In this document: positions 38,901 through 51,400 of the stretch, piece by piece
Layout of the letters: each line of letters starts with the position of its first letter
Numbering within the stretch: position 1 is the first letter of the stretch
Assembly (NCBI GenBank): GCA_038087875.1
Contig: CM075990.1
Location: 6,574,001-6,638,000, forward strand
DNA from: Malacoraja senta
Taxonomy: Eukaryota
DNA length: 64,000 bases
Direction: 5' to 3'
Translations under genes and position numbers: made by a program
Notes under the pieces: generated by a model
Databases searched by the model: none
The model's input: the letters and a program-made list of their open reading frames with translations, nothing else
What the model was told of the DNA's origin: nothing

Positions 38901-41520
38901 CGGAAGATATGTTCGGAGATACAGGGAACTGCAGATGCTGATTTACAAAAAAAGCACAAAGTGCTGGAGTTACTCAGCAGGTCAGGCATCATCTCTGGAG
39001 TACATGGATAGGCCACGTTTCGGGTTGGGACCTTTCTTCAGTTCTTTTGAACATGATGGGCAATTTGTCATTTAATTACAGTATGTCCCATAACATCGGA
39101 GACTGTTGGGGACTTGAGTAAAACAAAGGCATCTGTCCCATCCATGTAGGGATATGGATATTTCTGGTGGGGCCAGCATTGATTCTCCATCCCTGACTGC
39201 CCTTGGAAAACTAGTGGAGCAGCCTTCTGAAGCCACCATGCTCCTCCATGTCACTTGGCCAAAGGACCCAAACTATGGTAATGAACCGATAATTTGCTTG
39301 TGTGACTCTGTGTGAGAGTTAACCCTTGGCTAAGAGAGGACACAATCAATCTGTTCTCATCATGATAGTGCCATAGGCTCATTTGTGTTCGACTGAAGGG
39401 GACTTTGCTTTCATCATTCCCTCCCCAGATGCTGCCTGACCCATCGAGTTCTTTCAGCACTTTGTGTTTAACTCAAGATTCCAGCATCTTCAGTTCCTTG
39501 TGTCTCTATCAACTTTGGGTTGAGATCATCAGGAAAAGTCCCTGAGATGTTAAGCAAATGTATAACGTTATTCCTCGGGTGCTCTGGTTTCATCCCACAC
39601 TCCAAGGGCGTATAGGATTGTAGGTTAATTGGCTTTGGTAAAAAAAACTAAATTGTCCCCAGTGTGTAGGTTAGAGTTAGTGTATGTGGTAATTGCTGGT
39701 CGGCACAGACTCGGTGGGCCGAAGGGCCTGTTTCCACACTGTATCTCTATCTCAAAAACACCTTCTAACAGCATTCTCCACTCATTCATATCCACTTGAC
39801 GGTATATTTAACCACTGCCCAATCCCCCATGATGTTTTTAACACATTATATCACTGGCAACATTTGTTCTGCAGACTGTAAGGAAGTAAGAACTTAAGAG
39901 TAATTAAAAGTCTATCAAAGATAAGATTCATTTAAGCCTTCTGCTGAGGTAGATTTCAAATGCTTACAATCTGGAGTTCAACATCGCTCTGTTCTAATTT
40001 GGTGTTAGAAATTGACCACCAGTAAAATGTATGACTGCTTCTTACACCCCCAGGCTTTTAGCCTTGGAGTAAAGTAGGGGAAAAAAATATTTTGACAGAC
40101 TTTGGAAGGAAATAGTTGTGAGGGAAATGTTTGGTGAGAAATGAATTTGAATGTTGTTGGCTGTGACAGACTGCTTCAGGCTAAATAAAGTCACTGCTTC
40201 TTCAAACATAATAAATTCACTTATATAATGAAATGTGCAACACAATTAATGGCTCAAGACTTTATAAATAAATGGGTCGTGCTGAAATTCATAAGCATGT
40301 GTTACGCTGAAAGGGAGAGCAGTCGCCACAAACTACATAACTCAATGGTGTGTTTTGTGCCAGAGGTCCATTGGGTTGTTGTTCCAAGTGCACTCTGTGG
40401 AGTCACATCAATCCAACCGGAGATGGAAATGCTACCCATTTTGTTGAGGAATAGTCCGGAATCAAACTTGGTTGGGAATCTTGCACAATCCAACTTTGTA
40501 GGCTCAGGTTCCCAGTTTGGGAAGTTTACACAAAATAAAAGAGCTTCCATTTTTTTTCATTTATTTACAGGATGTACCATGCAATAGGCAACAGTTGAAG
40601 AAGCTTAAGTACAATTGAGGCATCTGTCCCATCCAGAAATAATAGATGTAAAGGATCGCACAGGAAGAAGAGCAACATTCTCCTTGTACTTTGGTCAATA
40701 GTTAAACTCAAGGTGGAATGATGGTCATTAAACTATATCTGCATTTTCGCTCTCACTGTGAGCAAAATAGATACCGTATTTCCAACGTTACAGCAATGAT
40801 TATCTTCTAAAGTACCTTTTTAAAGGTAAAGTGTTTTTGGACATCACGATCACAACAACACTGTAAATATGTTGTTCACACTTTTGCCATCTAGTGACTC
40901 TGGCTATAGGGTGGACAGGTGGTGAAAGTTGGATGGGACATTGTTTCTGATGCTCTCAAATATATGACTTGATAACTTTTGACTCTCTAGGATATTTATG
41001 GTGTCCTTAGTAATTAAAAAATTAATTGCTAGGGCTGCGTCTATATATTTCTGGTCATTAAAACCATGAGAGATGTTTGAGTGACATGCATGAACCTTGC
41101 AGGCAGGTATTGAGGTGCAGTTCCAACTTCTAATTGGCATTTGGGGATGGGTTTACTGAACGAGAGACATGTCAGATGACCAATGCCAAGAGTTGAGGCA
41201 AGTGGTTGTGGTTAGGGTTGTGCACTACGATTCAAGCACTTGATGGTTTATGGTAAAAAGCTGTTCTTGATCCTGGACGTCACAGTTCATGGTTCTCTCC
41301 TGCATGTGAGATGAGGTGGCCAGGATGGTGCATGCCTTTGATGACATAGGCTGCCTTCTTGAGGCAGTGCTCCCGTGTAACTCTCTTCAATGGTGAGGAG
41401 GTCAACACCTGTGATGGACTGGACAATGTCCACAACTCTCTGCAACTTCCCTCAATCAAGGGCATTCAAGTTACCAAACCAGGCTATGATGCGACCAGTC
41501 AGTAAGCTCTCTACCATACA

Positions 41521-42058
41521 ATAGACAATAGACAAAAGGTGCAGGAGTAGGCCATTCGGCCCTTTGAGCCAGCACCGCCATTCAATGTGATCATGGCTGA
41601 TCATCCACAATCAGTACCCCATTCCTGCCTTCTCCCCATATACCTTAACTCCGCTATCCCTAAGAGCTCTATCTAATGGCCCTGTCCCACGGTATGAGTT
41701 CATTCCAAGAGCTTTCCCGAGTTAAAAAAAATCAAACTCGTGGTAAGCACGGAGAAGGAACATGGCGGGTACGTCGGAGCTCGGGGACATCTCTTAGCGG
41801 CTCGTAACGTTAACGGCAGGTATTCGGGAAACGCGGTAAGCTCGGGAAGACTTTTCAACATGTTGAAAAATGTCCACGAGAGAGCCCTGAGTACCGACGA
41901 GCAGCCATTACCGTAAATCTCCGAGTTCGAATCAGGGCAAACACGGGAGAGCTCTTGGAATGAACTCGTACCGTGGGACAGGGCCATAACTCTCTCTTGA
42001 AAGCATCCAGAGAACCAGCCTCCACCGCCCTATGAGGCAGAGAATTCCACACACTCAC
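41521..42058 (-). mobile_element. CR1/HER1 LINE 3' end interrupted by a MITE, nested in a Rex-like fragment
   Basis: Tail atagacaatagac at 41521. The LINE resumes after the MITE (taactctctcttgaaagc). Host ctctctaccatac...acctgcagaagtttg flanks it. Confidence 0.78.
41677..41986. mobile_element. PIF/Harbinger-type MITE
   Basis: TIRs of about 45 bp: tggccctgtcccacggtatgagttcattccaagagct and agctcttggaatgaactcgtaccgtgggacagggcca. TSD TAA. Removal restores LINE sequence ctatctaactctctcttga. Confidence 0.9.
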
Positions 42059-42714
42059 ATACACCTGCAGAAGTTTGATAAAGTATTTGGCAATAAAGTA
42101 TTTTCCAAATCTCCTCGAACCTCTGAGGATCTAACAACATGTGATCTTGTTTGTGTTGGGCCTAGGACAGATCTCCAGAGACGAGCACAATCAGGAACTT
42201 GAAGCTGTTGACCCTCTCCACAACCAACCCACCAATTAAGATATTTAATGGACCTTCCCTTGCCTTTGAAGCGATTACAGCACCATTCTCCTTGTTCCGT
42301 GCGTAGATTCGTTGAACTAAATGGAGTTTACAGCACAGGAAAGGTCCATGGCAGCATGTATGTTCTGCACATGTCACTCCCGCCCCACTTTTCCACATTC
42401 ATTCACACCTCTGCCTTTTCCTGTTACATACTTTACAGGTTGGAGAAAGATGCAATATTGTAAAGCTCTTCAATGTTAAACAGGCGAGGGGCGGGCTGAT
42501 ACTTACATGGGGGAGATAGAGAGTGCAGAATACAGTTCTCAGCATTGTAGAGCACAGTAGTGCATCTGTTCCATAGGCAATGTTCTCAATGGGGGAGGGT
42601 TGAATTGGAATTACCCCAGCCTATGGAGGGATCATTCAGAAGTTGGATAACAGAGGGGTAGAACTTCCAGAGGCAGTTCCTCAACCCCTGATAACTGTTT
42701 GCATTAAGCCCAGC

Positions 42715-43444
42715 TTGTCTGGAGAAATGCCTCATCGCCAGAACTCACCAACAAGCACCAGGACCTGGCTTGGCTGGCGGTGAGGGGAGCCTTCCCAGTC
42801 AGATCCTTCCTGCACCCTCGGGACAGCTGCCATGGAGAGGAGACGGTTACCCACCTTTTCGCAGAGTGTGGATTTGCAAAGAGAGTCTAGAGAGGTTTGC
42901 AAGGGTTCCTGTCACGATTTATTCCGAACAGCTCCGTCACAGAGGACTCAGTGATTTATGGACTGTTCCCAGGGACGCATTCAGAGATGGACATCAAATG
43001 CTCCTGGAAGGTCATCATCTCGGTGAAAGATGCCCTTTGGTCTGCCCGAGCTTTGTTGACCTCCCAGCAGAGCGAGATGTCTGTTGGGGAATGTTGCTGA
43101 CTGGCCCGCTGCAGACTGCAAGAGTATGTGCTGAGGGACGCACTGAAGCTTGGTGCAGCCAACACCTAGGCTCTGTGGGAGAGGACCACAGTCTAGGGTC
43201 CTTCCGCTGCTGGATATTGGGGGCAGGATGTGGTGGAGACGCCCCTCAAAATAATGGAAGAAATTCCACGCCAGTGGGTCACATGAGTGGCAAAGGTGGG
43301 GGGTAAAATTGTGTGATTTGTGTAAACAGTATTAAATGTATGTATAGCCTTCAAGAAGGTCGGATGGAGTTTGTAAGGATCATGTATTGTATATATTTAT
43401 TTCTCGACTAAAGTCTATTTTGAAATTAACAAATCAAATACAAA
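42715..43444 (+). mobile_element. Tx1/L1-clade LINE 3' fragment
   Basis: Translates to VWRNASSPELTNKHQDLAWLAVRGAFPVRSFLH...EETVTHLFAEC (zinc-knuckle region)...SVKDALWSAR...RLQEYVLRDALKLGA. A-rich tail and possible TSD attaagcc. Confidence 0.8.
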
Positions 43445-44468
43445 ATTAAGCCAATTAAATTTATCCTATCATGGATAGTTTAGTTTAGTTTAGTTTAGTT
43501 TAGTTTAGTTTAGTTACGCCCCCTTTAGGATACCTCCTTGTTCTACACGTTCCTCCTTCACCTTCCCTCCTACTGAAAATCAACCTGTATCTCTCTCTTC
43601 CTTAATTCTGATGAAGGATTGTGGACACAAAACATCGACTGTTTCTATTTTCTACGCATGCTGCCTGACTTGCTGAGCTTTTTCAGCGTTTTCTGTTAAT
43701 GTTTCAAATTTACAGAATCTGCAGCCTTTTTAATATATTTCCAGTCGGTATAAACTCACAGCGCTCGAGACCTGGGTCCGTTTCTGACCTCGGGTGCTTT
43801 CTGTGTGGGTGTTCTTCCTGTGACCATGTGGGTTTTCTCCGGGTGCTCCGGCTTCCTCCCACATCTCGAAGATGTGCGGGTCTGTCGGTTAATTAGCCTC
43901 TGTAAAATTGCCCCTGGTGTATAGGGAGTGGATGAGATGGTGAGATAAGATAGAACTTGTGTGAGCGGGTGATGGATGTTCAACACAAAATGCTGGAGTA
44001 ACTCAGCGGGTGAGACAGCATCTCTGGAGGGAAGGAATGGGCGACGTTTCAACGTGGGCTGAATGGCCTGTTTCATTGCTAAAGTAAATAATGTTTGATC
44101 TGAACTGTAATGGGAGCTCTTTGGTTTTATTACCTGCACACATGCCTGGAGATGACAGAATTCACTGCCGCTGTGCCCCGTGGTCTACTGTCTGCCTTTC
44201 TCCGTTAAGTACTAATCTGACAGACCTTTGATGAAAACACGATTTTCCACTCTGAAAGTCTGAGAGTAGTTAGGTTCACTTAAGTCATCTCACTCAGTAA
44301 AGTTGATTGATGGTGCAGATGCGACAGGATATATATATATCTATATATCTTTTTCAGAGATGCTGCCTGATGCGCTGAGTTACTCCAGCATTTTGTGTCC
44401 AGTTTTACGTTCAAAGTCAAATTTAGCATAATTTAATCAAATGGTAGGTCGAGTTCAACAACAGTAAC

Positions 44469-45613
44469 TGTCAAGTCAAACTGTAATGAAAGGTATTACC
44501 TGCCTCCAAGTTAAAGGGGGAGGAGTATTATGTATGTAATATAATGGGTGTTACCGGGCTCCAAGTTAAAGGGGGAGGAGTGTTAGGGATGGGATAATTA
44601 GGATAAGTAATTGGTGTCTTGTGATGTCTGGGGCAAGTACGCAGGAGCAAAAAAGACAAGGTGGCGTCCTGCAGTAGAGAAGCTTGTATGATTCCTCCCG
44701 TGTCCGAGCCTTTATTCAAGACTGTTCAAAGCATCCGAATACACAACAATTGGCGACGAGGATAAAACAACGAAGATAAGAACAAGGCCAGCAAGAAGAA
44801 TCAAAAACAAAAGTTAAAAATAGAAGTAGTATTTGGAAACAAGTGGAACAGCACCAAGCCAAAAGGGTTTGAATTGGCGCCAAAAAGAAGAAAGGTAGGA
44901 ACGGGAAGCAATAGCTCAGGGAAGAGCTAGGAAATCAAGCAGGGGCAGTAAGGGTCACCAAGCATGGTGTCAGCTTACCTGGAATGTATCCAGGGCTGTG
45001 CAGCCCACAGCCAAGCCCAAGCAGCAGCCACAGACGTCGGGTGGGGGCCTAGTACCGTGAAGGCCACGGACAGGTCCAGAAAAGCCACCGACAAGAGGCT
45101 GAGTCTTCAGCCCAACTGGGAACAGTCAACCCGGTGGGGGGAGAAAGCAGAGAAAGCCCGGTCGGGAGCAGAGTCAGCCCGACCGTGAACAGAGAAGCGG
45201 AGATAAGCCGAGTTACGCCCGGGGCTTTAAAAAAGGGCACACAGCACCGGAAGCGAGGAAAAGACAGAAGTTGACTTGCGGCTAAAAACGTGAACAGTAT
45301 AATCTAAGAGACTGTCCTAAAAACTGCCGCGATCGCCAGCGAAGGCATGCAGGACTGATTATCTACAGCACCCGATTGGCAGCCAGTTTTTCACCTGCTA
45401 AAAGACTAAACTGTTAAATACCTTAAGACCTACAACATCCAAATGCCTTCAAAGTAATGGCTGAAGCAATAAATCAAGTGAAACTGTCAATTAATTGCTG
45501 AATCTGCCAAAATAAAAGGAGGAAAAAAAATGGAAAAGAAGTGCTTTGGTCATTGAGTGAAATCCAGTTCATCATTTCGGGGAATCTGCACAAAAACATT
45601 AGAAGGCTTGACA
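44469..45613 (+). repeat. 5' LTR (1145 bp)
   Basis: TG...CA termini. Direct repeat of 52940-54112. aataaa signals near 45468 and 45511. Confidence 0.96.
45383..45394 (+). promoter_or_regulatory. Candidate LTR transcription start (Initiator) and self-primer sequence
   Basis: ccAgttt fits the Inr consensus YYANWYY. cagtttttcac (45384-45394) is the exact reverse complement of the PBS position. Confidence 0.6.
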
Positions 45614-45624
45614 GTGAAAAACTG
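45614..45624 (+). promoter_or_regulatory. Non-tRNA primer-binding site (candidate self-priming PBS)
   Basis: gtgaaaaactg lies directly after the 5' LTR. There is no TGG-initiated tRNA complement. It is 11/11 complementary to 45384-45394. Confidence 0.7.
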
Positions 45625-45679
45625 CTGTGACCAGGAGATCTGGAAACCTGGAAAAGAGACAGTTAAGTCAAGATAAATC

Positions 45680-48487
45680 ATGGCTGATGAAGTTACTGGA
45701 AAGTCAGCTGAGCAGCTCAAGGTGGAGAGGACAACAGCAAAATGGGCATTCTCTCGTCTTGTTAACAGCATCATTAGGAACCATAAAGAAATGTCTGAAG
45801 AGGAGCTCAGGAACAATTTCAACAAACTCATGCAAGAGGCCGAAAAAGTCATGGAAGCCAATGACGATGTGGAGGCTGGACTCATTGCAGAGCTGGAGGC
45901 GGAGCTGGACGCAGATGAGGAAGCTGTGTTAACTGAACAGCAAAAAGCCAACCTGGCAAAGACTGCAAAGGAGTGTGATTCGAAACTGAAGGAGGTCAAA
46001 GGGCTCTTCGACAAGGTACCACATAAGAGATTAGGATACAAACTTAAATCACACGGTATTGGGGGTTCAGTATTGATGTGGATAGAGAACTGGCTGGCAA
46101 ACAGGAAGCAAAGAGTAGGAGTAAACGGGTCCTTTTCACAATGGCAGGCAGTGACTAGTGGGGTACCGCAAGGCTCAGTGCTGGGACCCCAGCTATTTAC
46201 AATTTATATTAATGATCTGGAGGAGGGAATTGAAAGCAACATCTCCAAGTTTGCGGATGACACTAAGCTGGGGGGCAGTGTTAGCTGTGAGGAGGATGCT
46301 AGGAGACTGCAAGGTGACTTGGATAGGCTGGGTGAGTGGGCAAATGTTTGGCAGATGCAGTATAATGTGGATAAATGTGAGGTTATCCACTTTGGTGGCA
46401 AAAACGGGAAGGCAGACTATTATCTAAATGGTGGCCGATTAGGAAATGGGGAGATGCAGCGAGACCTGGGTGTCATGGTACACCAGTCATTGAAAGTAGG
46501 CATGCAGGTGCAGCAGGCAGTGAAGAAAGCGAATGGTATGTTGGCCTTCATAGCAAGAGGATTTGAGTATAGGAGCAGGGAGGTTCTACTGCAGTTGTAC
46601 AGGGTCTTGGTGAGACCACACCGGGAGTATTGCGTAGTTTTGGTCTCCAAATCTGAGGAAGGACATTATAGCCATAGAGGGAGTGCAGAGAAGGTTCACC
46701 AGACTGCTTCCTGGGATGTCAGGACTTTCATATGAAGAAAGACTGGATAGACTTGGCTTATACTCGCTAGAATTTAGGAGATTGAGAGGGGATCTTATAG
46801 AAACGTACAAAATTCTTATGGGGTTGGACAGGCTAGACGCAGGAAGATTGTTCCCGATGTTGGGGAAGTCCAGGACAAGGGGTCACAGCTTAAGGATAAG
46901 GGGGAAATCCTTCAAGACCGTGATGAGGAAAAACTTTTTCACACAGAGTGGTGAATCTCTGGAACTCTCTGCCACAGATGGTAGTTGAGGCCAGTTCATT
47001 GGCTATATTTAAGAGGGAGTTAGATGTGGCCCTTGTGGCTAAAGGGATCAGGGGGTGTGGAGAGAAGGCAGGTACGGGATACTGAGTTGGATGATCAGCC
47101 ATGATCATATTGAATGGCGGTGCAGGCTCGAAGGGCCGAATGGCCTACTCCTGCACCTATTTTCTATGTATCTATGTATCTATGTATCCAGGACACTCTA
47201 TGGGCAAACTTTGGAAATGTTGAATTATCCACCTCACTACAGACAGCAGATGGTGCATGTGAATTTGCTGCTGCCACCGCACCATCAAATAGCAACGAAG
47301 AAGCATATGAATTCATGCTTAACCACCTGCAGAAACTGGTAGAGACTGCAAAGGAGACGTACAGTCGGTGGAAACGTTGGGTCCCTCTGGATGAGCAAGA
47401 GAGCTTCCAGAAACACCTAAGAACACTCGAGCTTCTCGTCCCCAAGCTGGTTTCCAGGAAGGCTGACTTCATACTGGCAAGAATAAGGAAGTACGCTGAA
47501 GGATTAGCACAAACGGCGAATGCTTTCAATTATCCTTCACCAGCCATCAGACTGAGACCCACGGCCCTTCCTAAGTTTACTGGAAACAAGCGTGACTTTT
47601 ATAGATGGAGGAAGGATTGGGAAGGACTGCAAAAGCAAGGTGAACCCACTGGATCAAATGAGGTGAAGAAGGTTCAATTGCTGGACAGTCTGGAGGACAA
47701 AATTACAAGAGACCTCCGCCTCACAAGTTATAACACTGCAGATGATATCTTTCGTGTCCTAGAGAACCGGTTTGGAAATCAAACAGCTATTGCTATTGAA
47801 ATAGTGGAGGAGCTTCAAAGAATTCCACCTGTCAGAGGACATCAGCCACGTAAAATAGTGGAATTAATTCAAGCTGTGGAAAAGGCGCTTAAGGACTTGA
47901 GCGATCTCGGAGACACAGGCGCTATTAAAAATCCACTGATGACAAAATCAATTGAAACCAAGCTTCCAGAAACCCTCAAAAAGGAATGGCTGGTTTATGT
48001 AGCTGACAAGAAGAATGCTGTGGCACCAGAGAAACGGGTTGACAGTCTCTTGTCATTTCTCAAAGAGCAGGAGAGCATATACGAACCGCTCGAGCAACTG
48101 AGGGACGAGGAGCCGAGTAGAAAGGAAACTCGGACTGAACCAAGACATGGCAGAACCAAGTCTACCAAGTCAGGAAATGACCACACAAGTTGTGTAGTCT
48201 GTGGTGACGTAAAGCATAAAAGAAAGCTGTACTTCTGCAAGCAGTTTCGAGGGCTAAAGCTGACAGAGAAAAGAGCTGCAGGAAAGAAGTTGGGAGCATG
48301 CAAAAAGTGTCTTGAAGTTCATGATGATGGTTCATACTGCAAACCTGCATATCTGTGTAAAAATCAAATCTGCAAGGATGAACAGACTCCTGAGCATCAT
48401 AATTATCTGTGCCCCAATTATGAGATGAGGAAAAGCAGTGTGGATCAGAGAAGGAGTAAATTTGGTCCAGAGGAAGGTAAAGGCTAA
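45680..48487 (+). pseudogene. gag: BEL gag, interrupted by a LINE at 46007-47185
   Basis: MADEVTGK...KLKEVKGL joins in frame to IQDTLWANF when the LINE is removed. Contains LPKFTGNKRDFYRW and Cys/His clusters CVVCGDVKH..C, CKKCLEVH..C and C..C..HHNYLC. Ends at a taa stop at 48485-48487, probably a mutation in a formerly continuous gag-pol. Confidence 0.88.
46007..47185 (+). mobile_element. 5'-truncated CR1/HER1-type LINE (1179 bp) nested in gag
   Basis: FDKVPH...SGVPQGSVLGP...SKFADDTKL RT motifs, a CR1 C-terminus with frameshifts, a 3' UTR and a (CTATGTAT)n tail. Confidence 0.95.
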
Positions 48488-51400
48488 AAGAAATATACAG
48501 TGGACCAAGAGGAGTTTTTTAGCAAACTTCCACCAGAGTTGGCAAAACAATGCCGAGATGTGTTCTCCAACACTGCATCAAGAGCCTTCAACACTGCAAA
48601 GGATCAGCCAAGCCTCCTAAAAGAAGGTGGACTTCAAGAGCACCCAGTGATTATGATGCTTCTGGAGGTCGTAGCAAATGCTGGACAAAAGGTTGGGACA
48701 TTAATTGACTTGGCTTCAGATACCAACTACATAACTCACAAGGCTGCGAGTAGACTGAACCTTAGGAGTGAAGACATCACGCTTATCGTCCATGGAGTTG
48801 GGGGGATGAAGGTCCACGTAGAGACGAGGCGCTACCTTCTAAAGATCCGAGTGAAGACTCCCAAGGGCACACTCAAGTCGCACCAGTTAGTTTGTTATGG
48901 ATTGGACAGCATTGCAGATGTTCACAAACATGTGACACCACAGCAGCTGCAAAAGTTATTTCCAGACGTCCCACTTGAGGAACTTGTGAGACCAAAAGAG
49001 ATACATTTGCTCATAAGCCATAGAGAAGGTCAGCTAGCGCCTCAGAGGATTAGAACTGTTGGAGATCTCATTCTGTGGGATGGACCACTGGGAAAGACTG
49101 TTGGAGGTTGTCATCCTGAGCTGTTTGAGAAGCTTACCATGTCAGCCCACATGTCCAAAACACACTTCGCAAGATTAATGAGAGCAGCTGCTTTAAAGTA
49201 TGAGGAGCTCACTCACGCAGTCCCTGAGGAACTTTCACCAAACGAACAGGTCGCCGTCAAAGTCCAGAAGTCACGTACATCAACCGCCAATCGGGACTTC
49301 TTGGATTGGTGGAAGTGGGATAGCATTGGAGCAGCATGCGAGCCAAAGTGCGGGGATTGCCGCTGTGGAAACTGCCAGCCAGGCGGAAAAGAAATGACTC
49401 TTGCTGAAGAGAGAGAGCTCGAAGTGGTTAGGGAAGGCCTCACCTACGTAACAGGAGACCGTCACAGTAAAGATCCACATTGGCATGCTAGCTATCCTTG
49501 GCTGGAAGACCCAGCTTCTCTACCAAAAAATAAAAGGACAGTGGAAGCCACATTTCTCAGGACGGAGAGGCAGCTATCCAGAGAACCTGAATGGAAAAGT
49601 GCCTACACAGCTCAGGTGCACGACATGGTGGACCGAAAGGCTGCAATCAAATTGTCCGAAGACATGATTGCAAACTGGGAGGGACCAGTGTGGTATGTGA
49701 GTCACCTAATTGCTCCAAACCCCCACTCTGTCACGACCCCAGTGAGACTAGTGTGGAACAGCAGTCAAAAGTGCAATGGTGTCAGCTCAAATGATTTGCT
49801 GATGAAAGGTCCAGACGTCCTCAACCAAATTCGTGCCGTCCTCCTCCAATTCAGAGGCGGAATCTATGCTGCTCTGGGAGACATAAAGAAGATGTATAAC
49901 TCAGTCTGGTTGGAGGACCGTGAAGTACACTTACACATATTCCTCTGGCGAGATTCCGAGAGGAGCTGGGAGAGTATGCTAATCTTCCTTCTTTTACCCA
50001 CCTCAAGGATGAGCAGCAAGTACTCCAGAAAGACAGCTATGTTGACGACATCCTCACATCTCACAACAGCCTCGACCAGTTGAGAATCATCACAGCAAAT
50101 GTGGAACGAATCCTGAAAGCTGGTGGGTTTGAGCTCAAGCCTTGGGTTCTGTCTGGCCAAAGTGGGAAGAAGGAGGACAGTGGTACTTTAAAGAAAAGCA
50201 CAACAAAAACCATGATCCTACCAAACCAAATGCATGATGATGATAAAAATGCACTTGGTCTGGGCTACATTGTTGAAGAGGACATGCTCCACGTTATGGT
50301 GGGAATCAATTTCTCCAAGAGAAAGAAAAAGATGCGGCTTGGTCAAGGCCTTCTACAAGAGCAAATCATAACTCAGACGCCAAATCCCCTAACAAGAAGA
50401 GAGCTTCTCAGCCAGGTAGCAGGGCTATATGACCCCATCGGCATAGTGGCTCTTGTTAAGCAAAAGGGAGCGATTCTAGTACGCAGAGCTTTCCAAGAAG
50501 CAAAAGAGGGAAGCTGTTCGGTCAGAGACACATGGGACGTGGCACTCTAAGATGGACTCAGGGAGGATGCAATTAAGCTCTTTGAAGAGTATGTACAACT
50601 TGGAAAAGTCAAGTTCGTCAGGGCACTGACTCCCTCTTGCTCCGCAACTGAACTCTTGGGGATCACCTTTTCTGACGGAAGTGAGCACACCTACGGGGCG
50701 GTGATGTACCTGAGATGGGATTCAGACCATGGCCCAATTGTCAGACTTGTGGAATCCAAGGCCAAGTTAACTCCCTTGGACCACAGAGGAGACGCTGTTA
50801 AAGCAGAGATGTGCGGAGCAGTGTTCGCCTCACGCCTGAGGAAGTATTTCGAGCTACACAGTCGAATTCAAGTGGAGAAGTGGTATCATCTTGTGGATAC
50901 CCAAACAATCCTTGGTGCAATACAGCGAGAAAGCTACGGATTTCACACATTCTTCGCCAATCGGATTGGAGAGATTCAAACAAGCACCAACATTCAAGAC
51001 TGGCGGTGGATTCCTGGCCCACAAAACATCGCTGATGTAATCACCAGAGGTGCCAGCCCTCAAGACCTTGATCAGTATTCGGAGTGGCAAAATGGACCGA
51101 AGTTCCTGGTGTTGCCTGTGAGTGAGTGGCCAATAAAATCAGCTAAGGAACTGGCTGCCACTGCCAGAGAGAACATCGAAAAGTTACAGAAGAAAGCTTT
51201 TGTTGCAGCACTATCAAGAGCCAAAGTAGAGAAACAAGAACCGGAACCCACAAACCCAAAGAGACCACCTGCAGGGTCAGCTATTCACAACCTTGTTGAT
51301 GTCAAGCGGTTCAGCATTCTAACTTGACTGATCAAGACAGTCGCATGGTATTGGAGAGCAGCGAAGGGTTTCTTGGCAAGGAAAAAGCCCTAAACGATCC

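Noticed and set aside
44964..45188. 74-aa ORF repeated in both LTRs as an accessory gene
   Set aside because: Its conservation is explained by LTR identity, the ATG is absent in the 3' copy, and it has no recognisable motif.
45680..46735. 351-aa ORF as a genuine host or domesticated RT gene
   Set aside because: It is a BEL gag N-terminus joined to a truncated, frameshifted CR1 RT by a nested insertion, with no sign of selection.
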